Assembly: GCA_046537785.1 (NCBI GenBank)
Contig: JBKHKD010000002.1
Coordinates: 71,082-135,081, forward strand
Source: Actinomycetota bacterium
Lineage (GTDB): Bacteria > Actinomycetota > Acidimicrobiia > Spongiisociales > ZC4RG35
Direction: 5' to 3'
DNA length: 64,000 nucleotides
Positions 37,049 to 48,165 of the stretch are shown here, one piece after another. Within the stretch, counting starts at the first letter, position 1. Every line of letters starts with the position of its first letter. The notes under the pieces are model-generated. The model did not search any database. It had not been told where the DNA came from and saw nothing but the letters and a program-made list of their open reading frames with translations. Made by a program: the position numbers and the translations under genes.

Positions 37049-38547
37049 CGCGACCCCCATTCAACCGTCACCGCGGTGCCAACCCCCGGCTTTGAGTCGA
37101 ATTTGATGGTTGCACCGATCTTCGACGCTCTTTCCCTCATCCCCATGAGGCCGTAATGGCCCTCAGGCTCGTGTTCGGGGTCGAATCCGACACCGTCGTC
37201 AACGACGGAACAGGAACCGTATGCACGATCGATCTGCCCTGAGATCACCACCATGGTTGCTTCAGAGTGCTGATGGGCGTTGCGGGCTGCTTCGGCGATG
37301 ATCGAGGTCAGGTCTCCGATCAGTGTCGGGCGGGGTGGGCGACGTTCCTCTAAGTCGACGATTACCGGAGGATCGCCATCGAGAGTCGAAGAGGCCTGGA
37401 GTACCCTTGCTGTCAAGGTTGGGCCTGGGGCATTCCGGAGATCTGCAACGGAGGCGCGGACGTCTTCGACCAGCTTGGTGACGTTGGACCGGAGCACCTG
37501 GAGGTCGGCCGCCACCTCGGGGTGGTCGGATTGCTGCATCGCTGTCATGTCGAGTGCGAGGCCCAGGGATGCGAGTGACGGGCCGATCTCGTCGTGCATT
37601 TCCCGGGCGAGCCTGACTCGCTCCTCGGCCACCGCAGACCCGACGATTTCCTGAAGCAGTTGCAGATTGGCGAAAGCGACACTCACAGGGTGGATGATCG
37701 CCGCCACCTGGGCGAGATCGCCAGGGGACATAGCGTGTGGTGTGGTCAGTTCCAGGTTCCCGACCTTTGTGTCGGAAGTGGAAAGCGGTAGGTCGTAGAC
37801 GTGTCCGTTCTCCTCCGGGATTCCACGAGCGGCGAGGACGACTGTCCCTTGGTCTCCTTCGATGGCGAGCTTGCCGGCAGATCCGGGGAAGCGCTCGAGA
37901 ATCGTCTCGAGCGTGTCGGCTCCTACCTCCGTCGCATTGAGGCGCCCCGCCGACACGTCCTCCGAAAGTCGGAGCAGAACACTGTGAATCTCCTCGAGTC
38001 GCTCCAGACGCTTGGTCGCTGACTCCTTTTCCTCGGCCAGGCTGGTGGCCTGCGCGTGGATGTCCTCGAGGAGACGGCGAATGACGCCTACCAATAGGAC
38101 GAAGATCAGATAGAGAGCGATGGCTGGAGCCGTGCCTACGAGCGAATCTCCATTCGCCAGGCTCACGAGAGCTAGGAGCGCTCCGGCCAGAACACCCGTG
38201 GTCAGGCCAGTACGGAGCCCGCCATAGATGGTTGCGAAAACCGGGGGCCCCATAGAGAGGAGCAGGTAGGCGCTGTTGGCGCCTCCGGTGAGAGTCATGG
38301 CGATGAGCACGACCACGGCGCTCAGCAGGCAGATCGCTTCGACTCCGAAACGACGCCAGAACCATGCTTCCGGGATGAGTGTGGTGCCGATAACGTAGGC
38401 GCCCGCGATGCCCATTGCAGCCAGTGATTGGGCGGAACCGCTGCTCTGGACGAGTGAGGAGACGATGCCGACGGTGAGGGCCACCCATTGGCCGATTACT
38501 ACGGTGCGATGGACGCGGGTCTCCCAGGGAGCCGGTGTGGCTAGCAT
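37045..38547 (-). CDS. Sensor histidine kinase (HisKA_3 type) with a multi-TM N-terminal sensor
   Basis: About 6 TM segments, then LAREMHDEIGPSLASL (HisKA_3 H-box) and an HATPase_c domain. Confidence 0.85.
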   Translation of the reverse strand: MLATPAPWETRVHRTVVIGQWVALTVGIVSSLVQSSGSAQSLAAMGIAGAYVIGTTLIPEAWFWRRFGVEAICLLSAVVVLIAMTLTGGANSAYLLLSMGPPVFATIYGGLRTGLTTGVLAGALLALVSLANGDSLVGTAPAIALYLIFVLLVGVIRRLLEDIHAQATSLAEEKESATKRLERLEEIHSVLLRLSEDVSAGRLNATEVGADTLETILERFPGSAGKLAIEGDQGTVVLAARGIPEENGHVYDLPLSTSDTKVGNLELTTPHAMSPGDLAQVAAIIHPVSVAFANLQLLQEIVGSAVAEERVRLAREMHDEIGPSLASLGLALDMTAMQQSDHPEVAADLQVLRSNVTKLVEDVRASVADLRNAPGPTLTARVLQASSTLDGDPPVIVDLEERRPPRPTLIGDLTSIIAEAARNAHQHSEATMVVISGQIDRAYGSCSVVDDGVGFDPEHEPEGHYGLMGMRERASKIGATIKFDSKPGVGTAVTVEWGSR

Positions 38548-38571
38548 GATCGAAGGCTACCGTCCTGCCTC

Positions 38572-39150
38572 GTGACTTATCAGGAGCATCGTTGGATCCT
38601 CAGTGGTGGTCTCGCCTCCGGCAAGAGCCAGGTGAGGCGGTTGCTCGAGGAGCACGGATTTCACACGATCGACGCGGATCGGGTCGGTCACGACGTCCTG
38701 CGATCCGAGGGTCCTGCTTTCGACGAGGTCGTCACTCGCTGGCCCGACATTGTCGCGGACGGCGAGGTCGACCGCCGCGCCCTGGCTGCGGTCGTGTTCA
38801 ACGATCCAGTGGAACTCGCTGCGTTGGAGGCGATTACACACCCTCATATCTTCGACATGATCAATGCCCGGGTGGAGGATGTTGACGAAGCCGTGGTGGT
38901 CGAGGTTCCGGTTCTCGGGCACTCACTTGGCCCCGATTGGCGCAGGATCGTCGTCGATTGCCGGGACGAAATCCGTCTCGAGCGCGCAATCAGCCGTGGA
39001 ATGGCCGCGGCAGATGCTCAGGCGAGGATGGCATCTCAGCCGTCCCGAGCCGAATGGCTTGCGGTGGCGGACGTCGTGCTGCCGAACACCGGCACACTCC
39101 TGGACCTCCGACACACGGTGGACCGATGGACGAGCGTGACAGGTGTTTAG
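38572..39150 (+). CDS. coaE: Dephospho-CoA kinase
   Basis: P-loop GGLASGKS followed by a CoaE-like body; 192 aa; GTG start. Confidence 0.8.
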   Translation: MTYQEHRWILSGGLASGKSQVRRLLEEHGFHTIDADRVGHDVLRSEGPAFDEVVTRWPDIVADGEVDRRALAAVVFNDPVELAALEAITHPHIFDMINARVEDVDEAVVVEVPVLGHSLGPDWRRIVVDCRDEIRLERAISRGMAAADAQARMASQPSRAEWLAVADVVLPNTGTLLDLRHTVDRWTSVTGV

Positions 39151-40655
39151 TCGGGCCCGGCCAGATCGCCTTCGGCAAGTCGGGTTGCAATCGACAAGAC
39201 TCGTTCTGAGGTCACCTGCACCGGCTGGTCTGCTCCGACCAGGAAGCCAACAGGTTCCTTCGGCAGATCGGCGATGACCGTGCACTCCATGATCGCGCGC
39301 ATGGCATAGACATTCGTAGGTTCGTCCGGTCCGTCACATCCTCCGGGAATCCTGTAGGCGAGAAGGGCGCCGAGACGCTCGGCTATGTCGGCGTTGCTCC
39401 AGGTTTCTGAGGGGGACCCGACCTGTCCTCCCTCGCCGGTGCCGTGGTCGCCGGCGATGAGCACGGCGACATCGCGATCCAGGCTTGCAACGACATCCAG
39501 AAGGAGCGAGTCGACACATGAGAGTTGTTGGCGCAGGCGGTGATAGTCATCATCTGAGTCTGGGCGGGTTTCCGTTGCCACCACTTCGCATTTGGAGTCT
39601 ACGACGTACGGGGCATGAGGCAGGAACATGTGGGCGAATACCACATACGGTTCGTCATCGTCGAAGGCGTCGAGATTCGCGAGATGGTCGACTACGGGGA
39701 TGGTGTTGACTGCTGCCATCGAACCGTGTCTCTCCTCGATGATGTCCGCAAAGATGCTGGGCGCTAAGAGGTTCCAGTTGGCTTCACTCAACCAGGAGCT
39801 CTCAAGACATACGTCGGCACGGATACATGTTGACCCATCCCAACCACCCTCGATGTGGATGTATTGGAATCCGGCACTCCGCAGCGTCTCAACGACGAGA
39901 TTCTCTCCCCCGATTATGTCGTAGCTGCTTCGACGGTTACCCCATTGTCCCTTCGGAGAGTCGTCTGCTATCTGGTTTAGTTGAAGGATGCTGGGCACCG
40001 CAAGGCCGGTGAATGTGTTGTGGGACCATGAGACTTCGGGAACCTCGAACCCAGCTTCCATGAGGCCTTCTTGGAGTGGTTCGGTGTCGTGTCCGAACCA
40101 CTGGTCCGCGACCGACAACATGGGATAGCCATCAACGATGAGCACGAGAACATCTTCGACAGCCTCGGTGGGTCTCGCATCGACTGAGGAGTGGGCCTCG
40201 GATAGCGGGTAAGGGACACGGTGCGACACGTGCTGCGTTACGACCTGGAGCGCGGGAGCAAGCAGCGTCAAGGCCAGAATCACAACCACGAGATAGGTGT
40301 TGGTTCGATCCGAAACAGCCCAGTGGAGAAGTGCCCCAACCGCAGCGACCAAGACGAGCCACACGACTCCGGGTACCAGGAGAGTGGTGTGATAGTTGAG
40401 CAGGACGAAGAGGGTCCCGAAGACGATGAATCCGGCCGGGATCTGCCGGACTTCGAACGCGATCAAGGCGAAGAACACCAAAATGCCAATCGCCAACCCG
40501 ATCGACGACGTGAGGAAAACGTCCAAGGGGTTGGCGAGATCCCATGGATTCGCAGCCCAGAAGACGAGCGGCCTATAGAAGCTCCCTGCCACGACAAGCG
40601 AGATTCCCATCCATATCCGCTTTGTCTTCGATCGCTCGCTTCTCACGTTTCTCAT
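39147..40655 (-). CDS. Membrane-anchored alkaline-phosphatase-superfamily enzyme (sulfatase/LtaS/phosphodiesterase-like), paralog 1
   Basis: Four or five N-terminal TM segments plus an extracytoplasmic domain with [28 protein letters not shown] and IAGDHGT. Confidence 0.7.
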   Translation of the reverse strand: MRNVRSERSKTKRIWMGISLVVAGSFYRPLVFWAANPWDLANPLDVFLTSSIGLAIGILVFFALIAFEVRQIPAGFIVFGTLFVLLNYHTTLLVPGVVWLVLVAAVGALLHWAVSDRTNTYLVVVILALTLLAPALQVVTQHVSHRVPYPLSEAHSSVDARPTEAVEDVLVLIVDGYPMLSVADQWFGHDTEPLQEGLMEAGFEVPEVSWSHNTFTGLAVPSILQLNQIADDSPKGQWGNRRSSYDIIGGENLVVETLRSAGFQYIHIEGGWDGSTCIRADVCLESSWLSEANWNLLAPSIFADIIEERHGSMAAVNTIPVVDHLANLDAFDDDEPYVVFAHMFLPHAPYVVDSKCEVVATETRPDSDDDYHRLRQQLSCVDSLLLDVVASLDRDVAVLIAGDHGTGEGGQVGSPSETWSNADIAERLGALLAYRIPGGCDGPDEPTNVYAMRAIMECTVIADLPKEPVGFLVGADQPVQVTSERVLSIATRLAEGDLAGPD

Positions 40656-40705
40656 CCGACTCCATCGTTGAGAATCAGTCTCACCCCCTCGCTACTCTGC
40701 GGAGA

Positions 40706-42712
40706 GTGCCCCGATTCGAAGTGGTATCCGACTTTCAGCCAGCCGGCGATCAACCTAGAGCCATCGACTCGCTCGCCACGGGACTTGAGCGCGGCGACCG
40801 CTATCAGACCCTCCTTGGCATAACCGGGTCGGGAAAGTCAGCAACAATTGCATGGACGATCGAGAGGGTCCAGAAACCCACCCTGGTCCTCGCTCCCAAC
40901 AAGGCGCTGGCGGCACAGCTCGCCAACGAGTTCCGCCAGTTCTTCCCCAGCAACCGGGTCGAGTACTTCGTCTCCTACTACGACTACTACCAGCCGGAGG
41001 CGTACATCCCCCAGACCGACACTTTCATCGAAAAGGACGCCACCATCAACGACGAGATCGACCGGTTGCGTCACTCGGCCACCGCGGGCCTGCTGGTTCG
41101 GGACGATGTGATCATCGTTGCCTCGGTGTCGGCGATCTACGGCCTGGGGTCGCCAGAGCAGTACGAAGGACAGCTGCTAAGGCTCGTCCAGGGCGTCGAG
41201 TATCCGATGCAGGAGGCGATCAAGCGTCTCGTCGACATCCAGTACGAGCGCAACGAGGTGAACCTGGTTAGGGGCAAATTCCGGGTGAAGGGAGACACCC
41301 TGGAGGTCTTCCCTTCCTACGAAGAGACCATCATCAGGGTCCAGTTCTGGGGCGACGAAGTGGAGCGCATCGTCCGGCTCAACCCGGTCACCGGAGAGGT
41401 CGTCGAGGAGATGTCGGAGCTGTTCATCTTTCCGGCCACCCACTACGTGACCGAGCGGGAGCGGCTGCTGCGAGCCATCGCTGGCATCGAGGAGGAGTTG
41501 GAGGAGCGGCTGGTCGAGTTGGAGAAGAGCGGGAAGCTGCTGGAGGCGCAGCGGCTTCGCATGCGCACCAACTACGACCTGGAGATGATGCGGGAGGTCG
41601 GATTCTGCTCCGGCATCGAGAACTACTCACGGCATCTCGACGGTCGTAATCCCGGTCAGGCCCCCTACACCTTGCTGGACTACTTCCCCGACGACTATCT
41701 GACGGTCATCGACGAGTCCCACGTGACGGTGCCTCAGATCGGGGGCCAGTACGAGGGCGACCGTTCGAGGAAGGAAGTGCTGGTCGACCACGGGTTCAGA
41801 CTCCCTTCGGCGAAGGACAACCGGCCGCTTCGTTTCGACGAGTGGCTGGAGCGGGCCAACCAGGTGATCTTCATGTCCGCCACGCCGTCCGATTTCGAGG
41901 TCAGCCATTCCACCCAGGTGGTCGAACAGATCATCAGGCCCACCGGCCTGGTCGACCCCGAGGTGCGGATCAAGCCCACTAAAGGCCAGATCGACGATCT
42001 GCTGGACGAGATCAAGGAGCGTGCCCTCAAGGAGCAGAGGATCCTGGTCACAACCCTCACCAAGAAGATGGCCGAAGACCTCACCGACTACCTGTTGGAG
42101 ATGGGGGTCCGGGCCCGATACATGCACTCGGAGATCGACACCCTGGAGCGTGTCCAGATCATGAGGGAGCTTCGTCTGGGGGAGTTCGACGTGCTCGTCG
42201 GTATCAACCTGCTGCGTGAGGGACTCGACCTACCGGAGGTGTCCCTGGTGGCCATCCTCGATGCCGACAAAGAGGGCTTCCTCCGCTCAGAGACCTCACT
42301 CATCCAGATCATTGGTCGTGCCGCCCGAAATGTCGACGGCCAGGTGGTCATGTATGCCGACGACATAACCGACTCGATGCAGCGCGCCATCTACGAGACC
42401 AACAGGCGTCGGCAGGCGCAGCAGGAGTGGAATGCCGAGCATGGCATCGATCCTCAGACTGTGCGCAAGAGGGTCTCCGACATCCTCGAACTGGTTCAGA
42501 CTGATGCCCCCTCGGCTGATAGACGGAGGAGAGAGGTCGAGAAGCGGGCGCCACTCGATCTCGAGGGAGAGGACCTGGCACGTCTCGTCATGAGTCTCGA
42601 AGAGGAGATGCACGAGGCGGCCAAAGACCTTCGGTTTGAGTATGCGGCTCGATTACGAGACGAGGTGAACGAACTGAAGCGGGAGTTACGCGAGGTAGCG
42701 GAGGCGGGCTGA
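40706..42712 (+). CDS. uvrB: Excinuclease ABC subunit B
   Basis: [20 protein letters not shown], Walker A GITGSGKS, helicase motifs and a C-terminal UVR domain. GTG start 40706; the upstream part of track ORF 40544 overlaps the divergent gene. Confidence 0.95.
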   Translation: MPRFEVVSDFQPAGDQPRAIDSLATGLERGDRYQTLLGITGSGKSATIAWTIERVQKPTLVLAPNKALAAQLANEFRQFFPSNRVEYFVSYYDYYQPEAYIPQTDTFIEKDATINDEIDRLRHSATAGLLVRDDVIIVASVSAIYGLGSPEQYEGQLLRLVQGVEYPMQEAIKRLVDIQYERNEVNLVRGKFRVKGDTLEVFPSYEETIIRVQFWGDEVERIVRLNPVTGEVVEEMSELFIFPATHYVTERERLLRAIAGIEEELEERLVELEKSGKLLEAQRLRMRTNYDLEMMREVGFCSGIENYSRHLDGRNPGQAPYTLLDYFPDDYLTVIDESHVTVPQIGGQYEGDRSRKEVLVDHGFRLPSAKDNRPLRFDEWLERANQVIFMSATPSDFEVSHSTQVVEQIIRPTGLVDPEVRIKPTKGQIDDLLDEIKERALKEQRILVTTLTKKMAEDLTDYLLEMGVRARYMHSEIDTLERVQIMRELRLGEFDVLVGINLLREGLDLPEVSLVAILDADKEGFLRSETSLIQIIGRAARNVDGQVVMYADDITDSMQRAIYETNRRRQAQQEWNAEHGIDPQTVRKRVSDILELVQTDAPSADRRRREVEKRAPLDLEGEDLARLVMSLEEEMHEAAKDLRFEYAARLRDEVNELKRELREVAEAG

Positions 42713-42746
42713 GCAGTCCGAAGCGTCGACGGCTGGTCTAACGGTG

Positions 42747-42935
42747 CTAGTTGGATTCGCTCGATGCAGGCTGATCACCATCTGGAATGGGCGCACCATT
42801 CTTCCGCACCTTCGCCCACACTGCTCTCGAACCTTTGCGTACGTACTGCCAGCCAAGCCCGACTGCGGCCAATGCGGCAAGACCAGCTTGGAGCAATGCA
42901 CTCCCCGTTACCGGATCCAGATAACCAAAGACCAT
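42747..42935 (-). CDS. Possible small single-TM protein in a low-GC patch downstream of paralog 2
   Basis: MVFGYLDPVTGSALLQAGLAALAAVGLGWQYV… Only a weak case. Confidence 0.25.
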   Translation of the reverse strand: MVFGYLDPVTGSALLQAGLAALAAVGLGWQYVRKGSRAVWAKVRKNGAPIPDGDQPASSESN

Positions 42936-42957
42936 ATGACACCTCTTCAAACTGCGT

Positions 42958-44532
42958 TCAGCCGGCGTCATTCTGTAGGAAAGGTTCCATCCTGACAATA
43001 GGTCCACCGAACCCCGCCGCGTAATGACGTGTATCGAGTGTCGGGATTGGCTTTCCTGAGAGACACGACATGACCTCCCGGAATATGTTGACGGTAGTGA
43101 TGTCGTCAGGAAGCTCGCCGCGGCACGGCTCAGGAAGGCGGACGGCGCTTATCGTCGAGAATCGTTCTCTCAGTGCCGCATCAGGATTCTTGGAATCTAG
43201 AACCCAGTAGGAGTCTGGTCCGTGATCAGAGAGGATCACTACGATGGCGTCTGGGTCTACCTGACTCAGAAACGCTCGAAGGGTCTGGTTTGCGCATCGA
43301 ACTTGGTCCACCCACGCGTCTCGACGACGTTCCAACTGTTCCTCGGACATGTTTCCATCGTTCATGATGCGACCACCGAGATCAGGGTTGATACGCAAGT
43401 CGCAGTCGGCGTCCAGGAACAGCGGAGGATGTGGCAATGGAATGTGCAAGAAGACGAATTTCGGCGGCCCACGGCGCCAGTCCCTGACGAAGTCGTTCCA
43501 GTGTTCTAGCTGATCGATTCTCGCCAGGTTCAGGGCTGTCGTCGGGTTGTTGGCTTCCGGGTAGAAGAGACCGCCCGCCGGCGTGTTGAGGAGCAGCGCG
43601 TGTCCGGTGATGTCGAGGCCTGGACCAGGCACGCAGATATCGACCTCACCACCGCATTGGTTGTGCCAGTGGTCAGCTTCGGCATGTATGTACGTGTAGC
43701 CATTCGCTTTCAAGAGATTGACCAGGTCATTCTCACCAGCGACTTGACTCGCCAGATATGCGAGGTCTCGATTAGCGAACTCTGCTCCCTCTTGGTGTAC
43801 ATACGACATATTCAAGAGAGCGGGGAGCGAAAAGTGTGTGACTGAGTAATTGGCGACCGACTCGCGGGCGACATCGAATCCCAGGGCTCGGAGGTCATTT
43901 AGGAACGGCTCGTTGTCGTAGCCATAGAGATCTCGAATCACATCGGATCTCCCGTACCCGTCGAGAACTATCAAGACGATGTCTGGCTTCTCGACGAGCG
44001 TTTCGATCTCGATCGGTGTCTGGACACCTACCGATCGTTCCGGAGCCAGGATCGTGCTCGTCGCCGCATACAGCGACAGCGCTCCCGAATATGCCACAGA
44101 AATCACGAAGACGAGAAGCTTGAAGTAGTGCTGGTTGCCATACTTGATTGCCGCTGACAACACGAGTAGGAACACGATTAGGGATGTCGCGGCAGGATCA
44201 AGAGGACCGAAACCCTCTCCAGCGGACCAATGCCAGAAGGAGAGCAGCGTGACAGAAACTGCGGCGAGCGCCCTCCAGCTGGACACATCACGACGGGCAA
44301 ACGGAAGATACAGCCCTGTTGAGATGACGGTGAGTGCGGTACCGATGATGAAAACGCCCTCCACTGAAGCAAGAGCGGCCTGAGTGCCAGTCATGACAGC
44401 CAAGGGGCGATGGAACGACAGGGCGGTCAACTGCAAGAGAGCCCACCAAAGCGAAGGGCGAGCCCGGCTGGTTAATGAAGAGCCAACTCTCGCTGGTGGT
44501 GCGAGAGACTTCCGGTTACCCGCGACAGTCAT
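42958..44532 (-). CDS. Membrane-anchored alkaline-phosphatase-superfamily enzyme, paralog 2
   Basis: N-terminal TM segments; KPDIVLIVLDGYGRSD, SVTHFSLP, FVFLHIPLPHPP and ILSDHGPDS. Noticeably lower GC. Confidence 0.7.
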   Translation of the reverse strand: MTVAGNRKSLAPPARVGSSLTSRARPSLWWALLQLTALSFHRPLAVMTGTQAALASVEGVFIIGTALTVISTGLYLPFARRDVSSWRALAAVSVTLLSFWHWSAGEGFGPLDPAATSLIVFLLVLSAAIKYGNQHYFKLLVFVISVAYSGALSLYAATSTILAPERSVGVQTPIEIETLVEKPDIVLIVLDGYGRSDVIRDLYGYDNEPFLNDLRALGFDVARESVANYSVTHFSLPALLNMSYVHQEGAEFANRDLAYLASQVAGENDLVNLLKANGYTYIHAEADHWHNQCGGEVDICVPGPGLDITGHALLLNTPAGGLFYPEANNPTTALNLARIDQLEHWNDFVRDWRRGPPKFVFLHIPLPHPPLFLDADCDLRINPDLGGRIMNDGNMSEEQLERRRDAWVDQVRCANQTLRAFLSQVDPDAIVVILSDHGPDSYWVLDSKNPDAALRERFSTISAVRLPEPCRGELPDDITTVNIFREVMSCLSGKPIPTLDTRHYAAGFGGPIVRMEPFLQNDAG

Positions 44533-44640
44533 GCGTTTCTATTCTGATAGGGAACCATCAAGGAAACTGGCGATTCGGTCGTTAGAGAGTTTGGTGAGTT
44601 TCGGGATCAGGCCACGTTTGTTGCCAACCAGGGAGATCTG

Positions 44641-45951
44641 ATGGTGGAGCCGAGTCCGACGAACGACGTCGTTTACGTGGCGATGAGTGCAGACATCGTG
44701 CACCCCGGCCACATCAATCTGCTGGACAGAGCCGCTGAGCTGGGCCCGGTCACTGTCGGGCTGCTGACTGACGCAGCGATCGCCAGTTATAAGAGGCTGC
44801 CGCTGATGACTTATGAGGAGCGTCGTGCCGTCGTGGCACAGTTGCGACAGGTGAGTGAATTGATTCCGCAGGAGACCTTGGATTACGAGCCCAATCTTCG
44901 AACCCTGAGGCCGCGTTATGTCGTTCATGGCGACGATTGGCGGGAAGGGGTGCAGGCAAAGGTTCGCCAGCGGGTGATCGAAGTGTTATCCGAATGGGGA
45001 GGCGAGCTAGTCGAGCCCCGCTATACGCCAGGGATCTCCTCGACGAGGGTTCATCAGGCTCTGCTCGAGGTGGGGACCACTCCTGACATTCGCCGACGCG
45101 CCCTTCGCCGGCTTTTGGCCGTGCAGCCGATGACGCGAGTGTTGGAAGCGCACAACGGGTTGACTGGGCTCATCGTTGAACACACCACGGTCACTCAGGC
45201 CGAACGCCAGGTGGGTTTCGACGGTATGTGGCTCTCCAGCCTGACGGATTCGACGATCAAGGGGCGACCGGACACCGAGTACGTGGATCTGACGTCTCGA
45301 AGTGCCACTCTCCAAGAGATCCTCGAGGTCACGACGAAACCGATCCTCTATGACGCGGACACCGGCGGTCTCATCGATCACTTTCAGCTCAAGGTCAAGA
45401 CCCTGGAGCGTCTTGGAGTGTCCGCTGCAGTCATCGAAGACAAGGTCGGGCCGAAGAAGAACTCGCTCTTTGGCACCGATGTCGACCAAACCCAGGACGA
45501 TACCGCCTCGTTCGCTGAGAAGATCCGGGCTGGCAAGGAGGCTCAGGCTACCGAGGATTTCATGGTGATTGCCCGGATCGAGTCGCTGATCCTGGGAAAA
45601 GGTGTGGGCGACGCCCTGGAACGAGCGAGGATCTACGAGGAAGCCGGCGCCGATGCCCTCCTGATTCACTCCCGTGACCCGGACACCTCAGACTTGTTCA
45701 AGGTCCTGGGCGAGCTCGCCGGGTCGATTCCGCTGGTTGCAGTCCCATCTGGCTACTCGCATGTCTACGAGGACGCGCTCTCCCAAGCAGGAGCCTCCCT
45801 CGTCATCTATGCGAACCATCTGTTGCGGGCCGGGTATCCGGCGATGGTCGCCACGGCCAGCTCCATCCTGGAACACGGTCGCGCCAAAGAAGCCGAAGAA
45901 TGCTTACTTCCGATCAGCAACGCTCTCGAGCTCATCCCAGGTAACCGATGA
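44641..45951 (+). CDS. ppm: Bifunctional cytidylyltransferase / phosphoenolpyruvate phosphomutase fusion
   Basis: N-terminal roughly 130 aa TagD-like cytidylyltransferase ([19 protein letters not shown] … VHGDDWREG). C-terminal PEP mutase ([49 protein letters not shown]). Confidence 0.85.
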   Translation: MVEPSPTNDVVYVAMSADIVHPGHINLLDRAAELGPVTVGLLTDAAIASYKRLPLMTYEERRAVVAQLRQVSELIPQETLDYEPNLRTLRPRYVVHGDDWREGVQAKVRQRVIEVLSEWGGELVEPRYTPGISSTRVHQALLEVGTTPDIRRRALRRLLAVQPMTRVLEAHNGLTGLIVEHTTVTQAERQVGFDGMWLSSLTDSTIKGRPDTEYVDLTSRSATLQEILEVTTKPILYDADTGGLIDHFQLKVKTLERLGVSAAVIEDKVGPKKNSLFGTDVDQTQDDTASFAEKIRAGKEAQATEDFMVIARIESLILGKGVGDALERARIYEEAGADALLIHSRDPDTSDLFKVLGELAGSIPLVAVPSGYSHVYEDALSQAGASLVIYANHLLRAGYPAMVATASSILEHGRAKEAEECLLPISNALELIPGNR

Positions 45952-47057
45952 TCGAGGGCCAGGAGGCCATCCGGCTGTTGGAAGGGGCGGGGGCACGACT
46001 GTTCGTCGGAGTGCCCGATTCGCTCATGAAGGGCTTTTGCAGTGCCCTGGGTGACCATCGAGGTCCGGGTCGTCATGTGGTGGCCGCCAACGAGGGAGGG
46101 GCGGTGGCGACTGCGGCGGGCCATTATCTGGCGACAGGACGGCCGGCTGTGGTCTACATGCAGAATTCCGGCTTGGGAAACGCAGCGAGCCCCCTCGTCT
46201 CGCTGGCGAGCCGGCGGGTTTATGGGATCCCGATGCTGCTGATCATCGGATGGAGGGGTGAGCCCGGGACCGTGGATGAGCCGCAGCATGATCACCAGGG
46301 TGATATCACGACTCAGCAGCTCGAGCTTTTGGAGATATCGATATCGGTGGCGGAGCCCGACGACGATGGTTCCGTGTTCGTAGCTGCATACGAGAGGGCC
46401 CTGTCGGGTCAGGTACCCGTGGCAGTTCTGGTCCGCAAAGGAGTATTCGTTCCGCCACCCGAGATCGCTCCCGGTGGCGGATTGACACGGATGTCTGCGA
46501 TGGAGATGCTTCTCCAGCAGCTTCCGACAGACACCGCCTACGTAGCGACAACCGGATACACGGGACGCGAGTTGGCCCTCCTCCGCGCGAAGAGGGAAGA
46601 GAGTTGGTCCTCGGATCTGCTGATGGTGGGATCGATGGGACACGCCGCAGCGATCGCGCTCGGCATCGCCGTAGGGACCCCCGGACGACTCGTTTGCTGT
46701 TTCGATGGAGACGGAGCCGTGGTGATGCATATGGGGACGCTCGCCGCCGTTGGCGCCGAGCAACCTGCGAATCTCCTCCACGTGGTCATGAACAATGGAG
46801 TCCATGAGTCGGTTGGGGGACAACCGTCGGCTCTGAGGGATGCCGACATCCCCGCTTTGGCGCGCAGCTTGGGTTATGTCAGCGCGGAGGTAGCGACAGA
46901 TAAGGACGAATTGGCCAGCGCCGTCGACCGTCTTCACACAGATTCCGGCCCGAATCTGATCGAGGTGAGGATCAGTTCCGGGACGGTGGACGGCTTGCCG
47001 CGACCGTCGAGTCTCCGTGAGCGTGTCGTCGACATGAGGGATTGGTTGAGTGGCTGA
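45948..47057 (+). CDS. ppd: Phosphonopyruvate decarboxylase (ThDP-dependent)
   Basis: 369 aa; ThDP-binding [13 protein letters not shown]…NNG. ATGA-coupled to ppm. Confidence 0.8.
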   Translation: MIEGQEAIRLLEGAGARLFVGVPDSLMKGFCSALGDHRGPGRHVVAANEGGAVATAAGHYLATGRPAVVYMQNSGLGNAASPLVSLASRRVYGIPMLLIIGWRGEPGTVDEPQHDHQGDITTQQLELLEISISVAEPDDDGSVFVAAYERALSGQVPVAVLVRKGVFVPPPEIAPGGGLTRMSAMEMLLQQLPTDTAYVATTGYTGRELALLRAKREESWSSDLLMVGSMGHAAAIALGIAVGTPGRLVCCFDGDGAVVMHMGTLAAVGAEQPANLLHVVMNNGVHESVGGQPSALRDADIPALARSLGYVSAEVATDKDELASAVDRLHTDSGPNLIEVRISSGTVDGLPRPSSLRERVVDMRDWLSG

Positions 47058-48165
47058 GGTAACCCGAGGCATTGGCGCGCTCGAGACAAGCTTCAGGTCA
47101 GTCGATGGTTCGCCGTGGATCGTGATGAGTGGGAGGACTTCTTTCTCCGCGTCAGGCGCAGAGGCTTCTCTCGAGGATTTCCTCCAATCGGGGGCCAGAC
47201 GCCTGGTTGTCGAAGGGCCGCTTCCGACGACCGACGAGGTCGACCGTCTGGCGGCGGAGGTCGGGTCGAGTAGACCGCGAGCCATACTCGCCGTTGGGGG
47301 CGGACTGGTCATCGACACGATGAAGGCGCTTGCTCTTGCCCTGAGCACAGGAGGGAGTGCGCAGTCATTGCTCAACGGGAGCGCCGTACCGAGCGATGTC
47401 GAGATCCACACAGTTGCTGCCCCCACGACGGCCGGCTCAGGGGCAGAGCGCACGCCATTCGCGGTGCTGTACCACGATGGTGTCAAGCACTCGGTCGACG
47501 ATCCTCGTCTTCTACCGGATCATTCAATAATCGACCCGGCGTTGAGCAGTTCGGCACCTCGCCACGTGGCAGCCTCTGCGGCACTCGACGCTTTGGCTCA
47601 CTCCGTCGAGTCGATGTGGGCATGCCGGTCGACCGTCGAATCTATTGAGGTTGCGGCTCAGGCCCTAGGGCAAATCGTGGACAACATCGAAACTGGCGTT
47701 GTGGGTGAGTCGGCCCCTGCCCGGGAGACCCTCATGTATGCGGCTTCGGACGCGGGCTCCGCCATCGCGGTGTCGAGGACCACCGCGGCCCACGCCCTCT
47801 CGTACCACCTCACCGCTCGACATGGCGTACCTCATGGCCACGCCGTGGCGCTCATGTTGGGACGGGTCATTGCTTTCAACGGTGAAGTCGACGAGTCAAC
47901 CGTGCTTGATCAGCGCGGTCTGGCCCACGTAGCGTCCGTCGCAGCGCGGATCTCTGCTCTTCTCGGCATCGATGAACCGGTCGACGCCCCAGAGCGATTG
48001 CGTGACCTCGTCGCATCGCTGGGTTTGGCGCCGCGAGCGGATGAGGCGGCAGGCGCCATGGTCGATAGGGAGCGATGGATGACTGAAGTGAATGAGCAGC
48101 GACTCGGCAACAATCCACGACGTATCAACCGTGACGATCTATTAGCAATCGTGTGTGACGCATGA
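47050..48165 (+). CDS. Group III iron-containing alcohol dehydrogenase, putative phosphonoacetaldehyde reductase (PhpC/FomC-like)
   Basis: Fe-ADH fold (AVGGGLVIDTMKA … His-rich metal ligands ALAHSVESMWACRSTVESIEVAAQALGQIVDN…AAHALSYHLTARHGVPHGHAV). The GTG start overlaps ppd. Confidence 0.7.
   Translation: MAEVTRGIGALETSFRSVDGSPWIVMSGRTSFSASGAEASLEDFLQSGARRLVVEGPLPTTDEVDRLAAEVGSSRPRAILAVGGGLVIDTMKALALALSTGGSAQSLLNGSAVPSDVEIHTVAAPTTAGSGAERTPFAVLYHDGVKHSVDDPRLLPDHSIIDPALSSSAPRHVAASAALDALAHSVESMWACRSTVESIEVAAQALGQIVDNIETGVVGESAPARETLMYAASDAGSAIAVSRTTAAHALSYHLTARHGVPHGHAVALMLGRVIAFNGEVDESTVLDQRGLAHVASVAARISALLGIDEPVDAPERLRDLVASLGLAPRADEAAGAMVDRERWMTEVNEQRLGNNPRRINRDDLLAIVCDA

Noticed and set aside
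40544-40705. Upstream extension of uvrB (track start 40544)
   Set aside because: It would overlap the divergent AlkP-superfamily gene. The canonical UvrB N-terminus ([17 protein letters not shown]) begins at GTG 40706.
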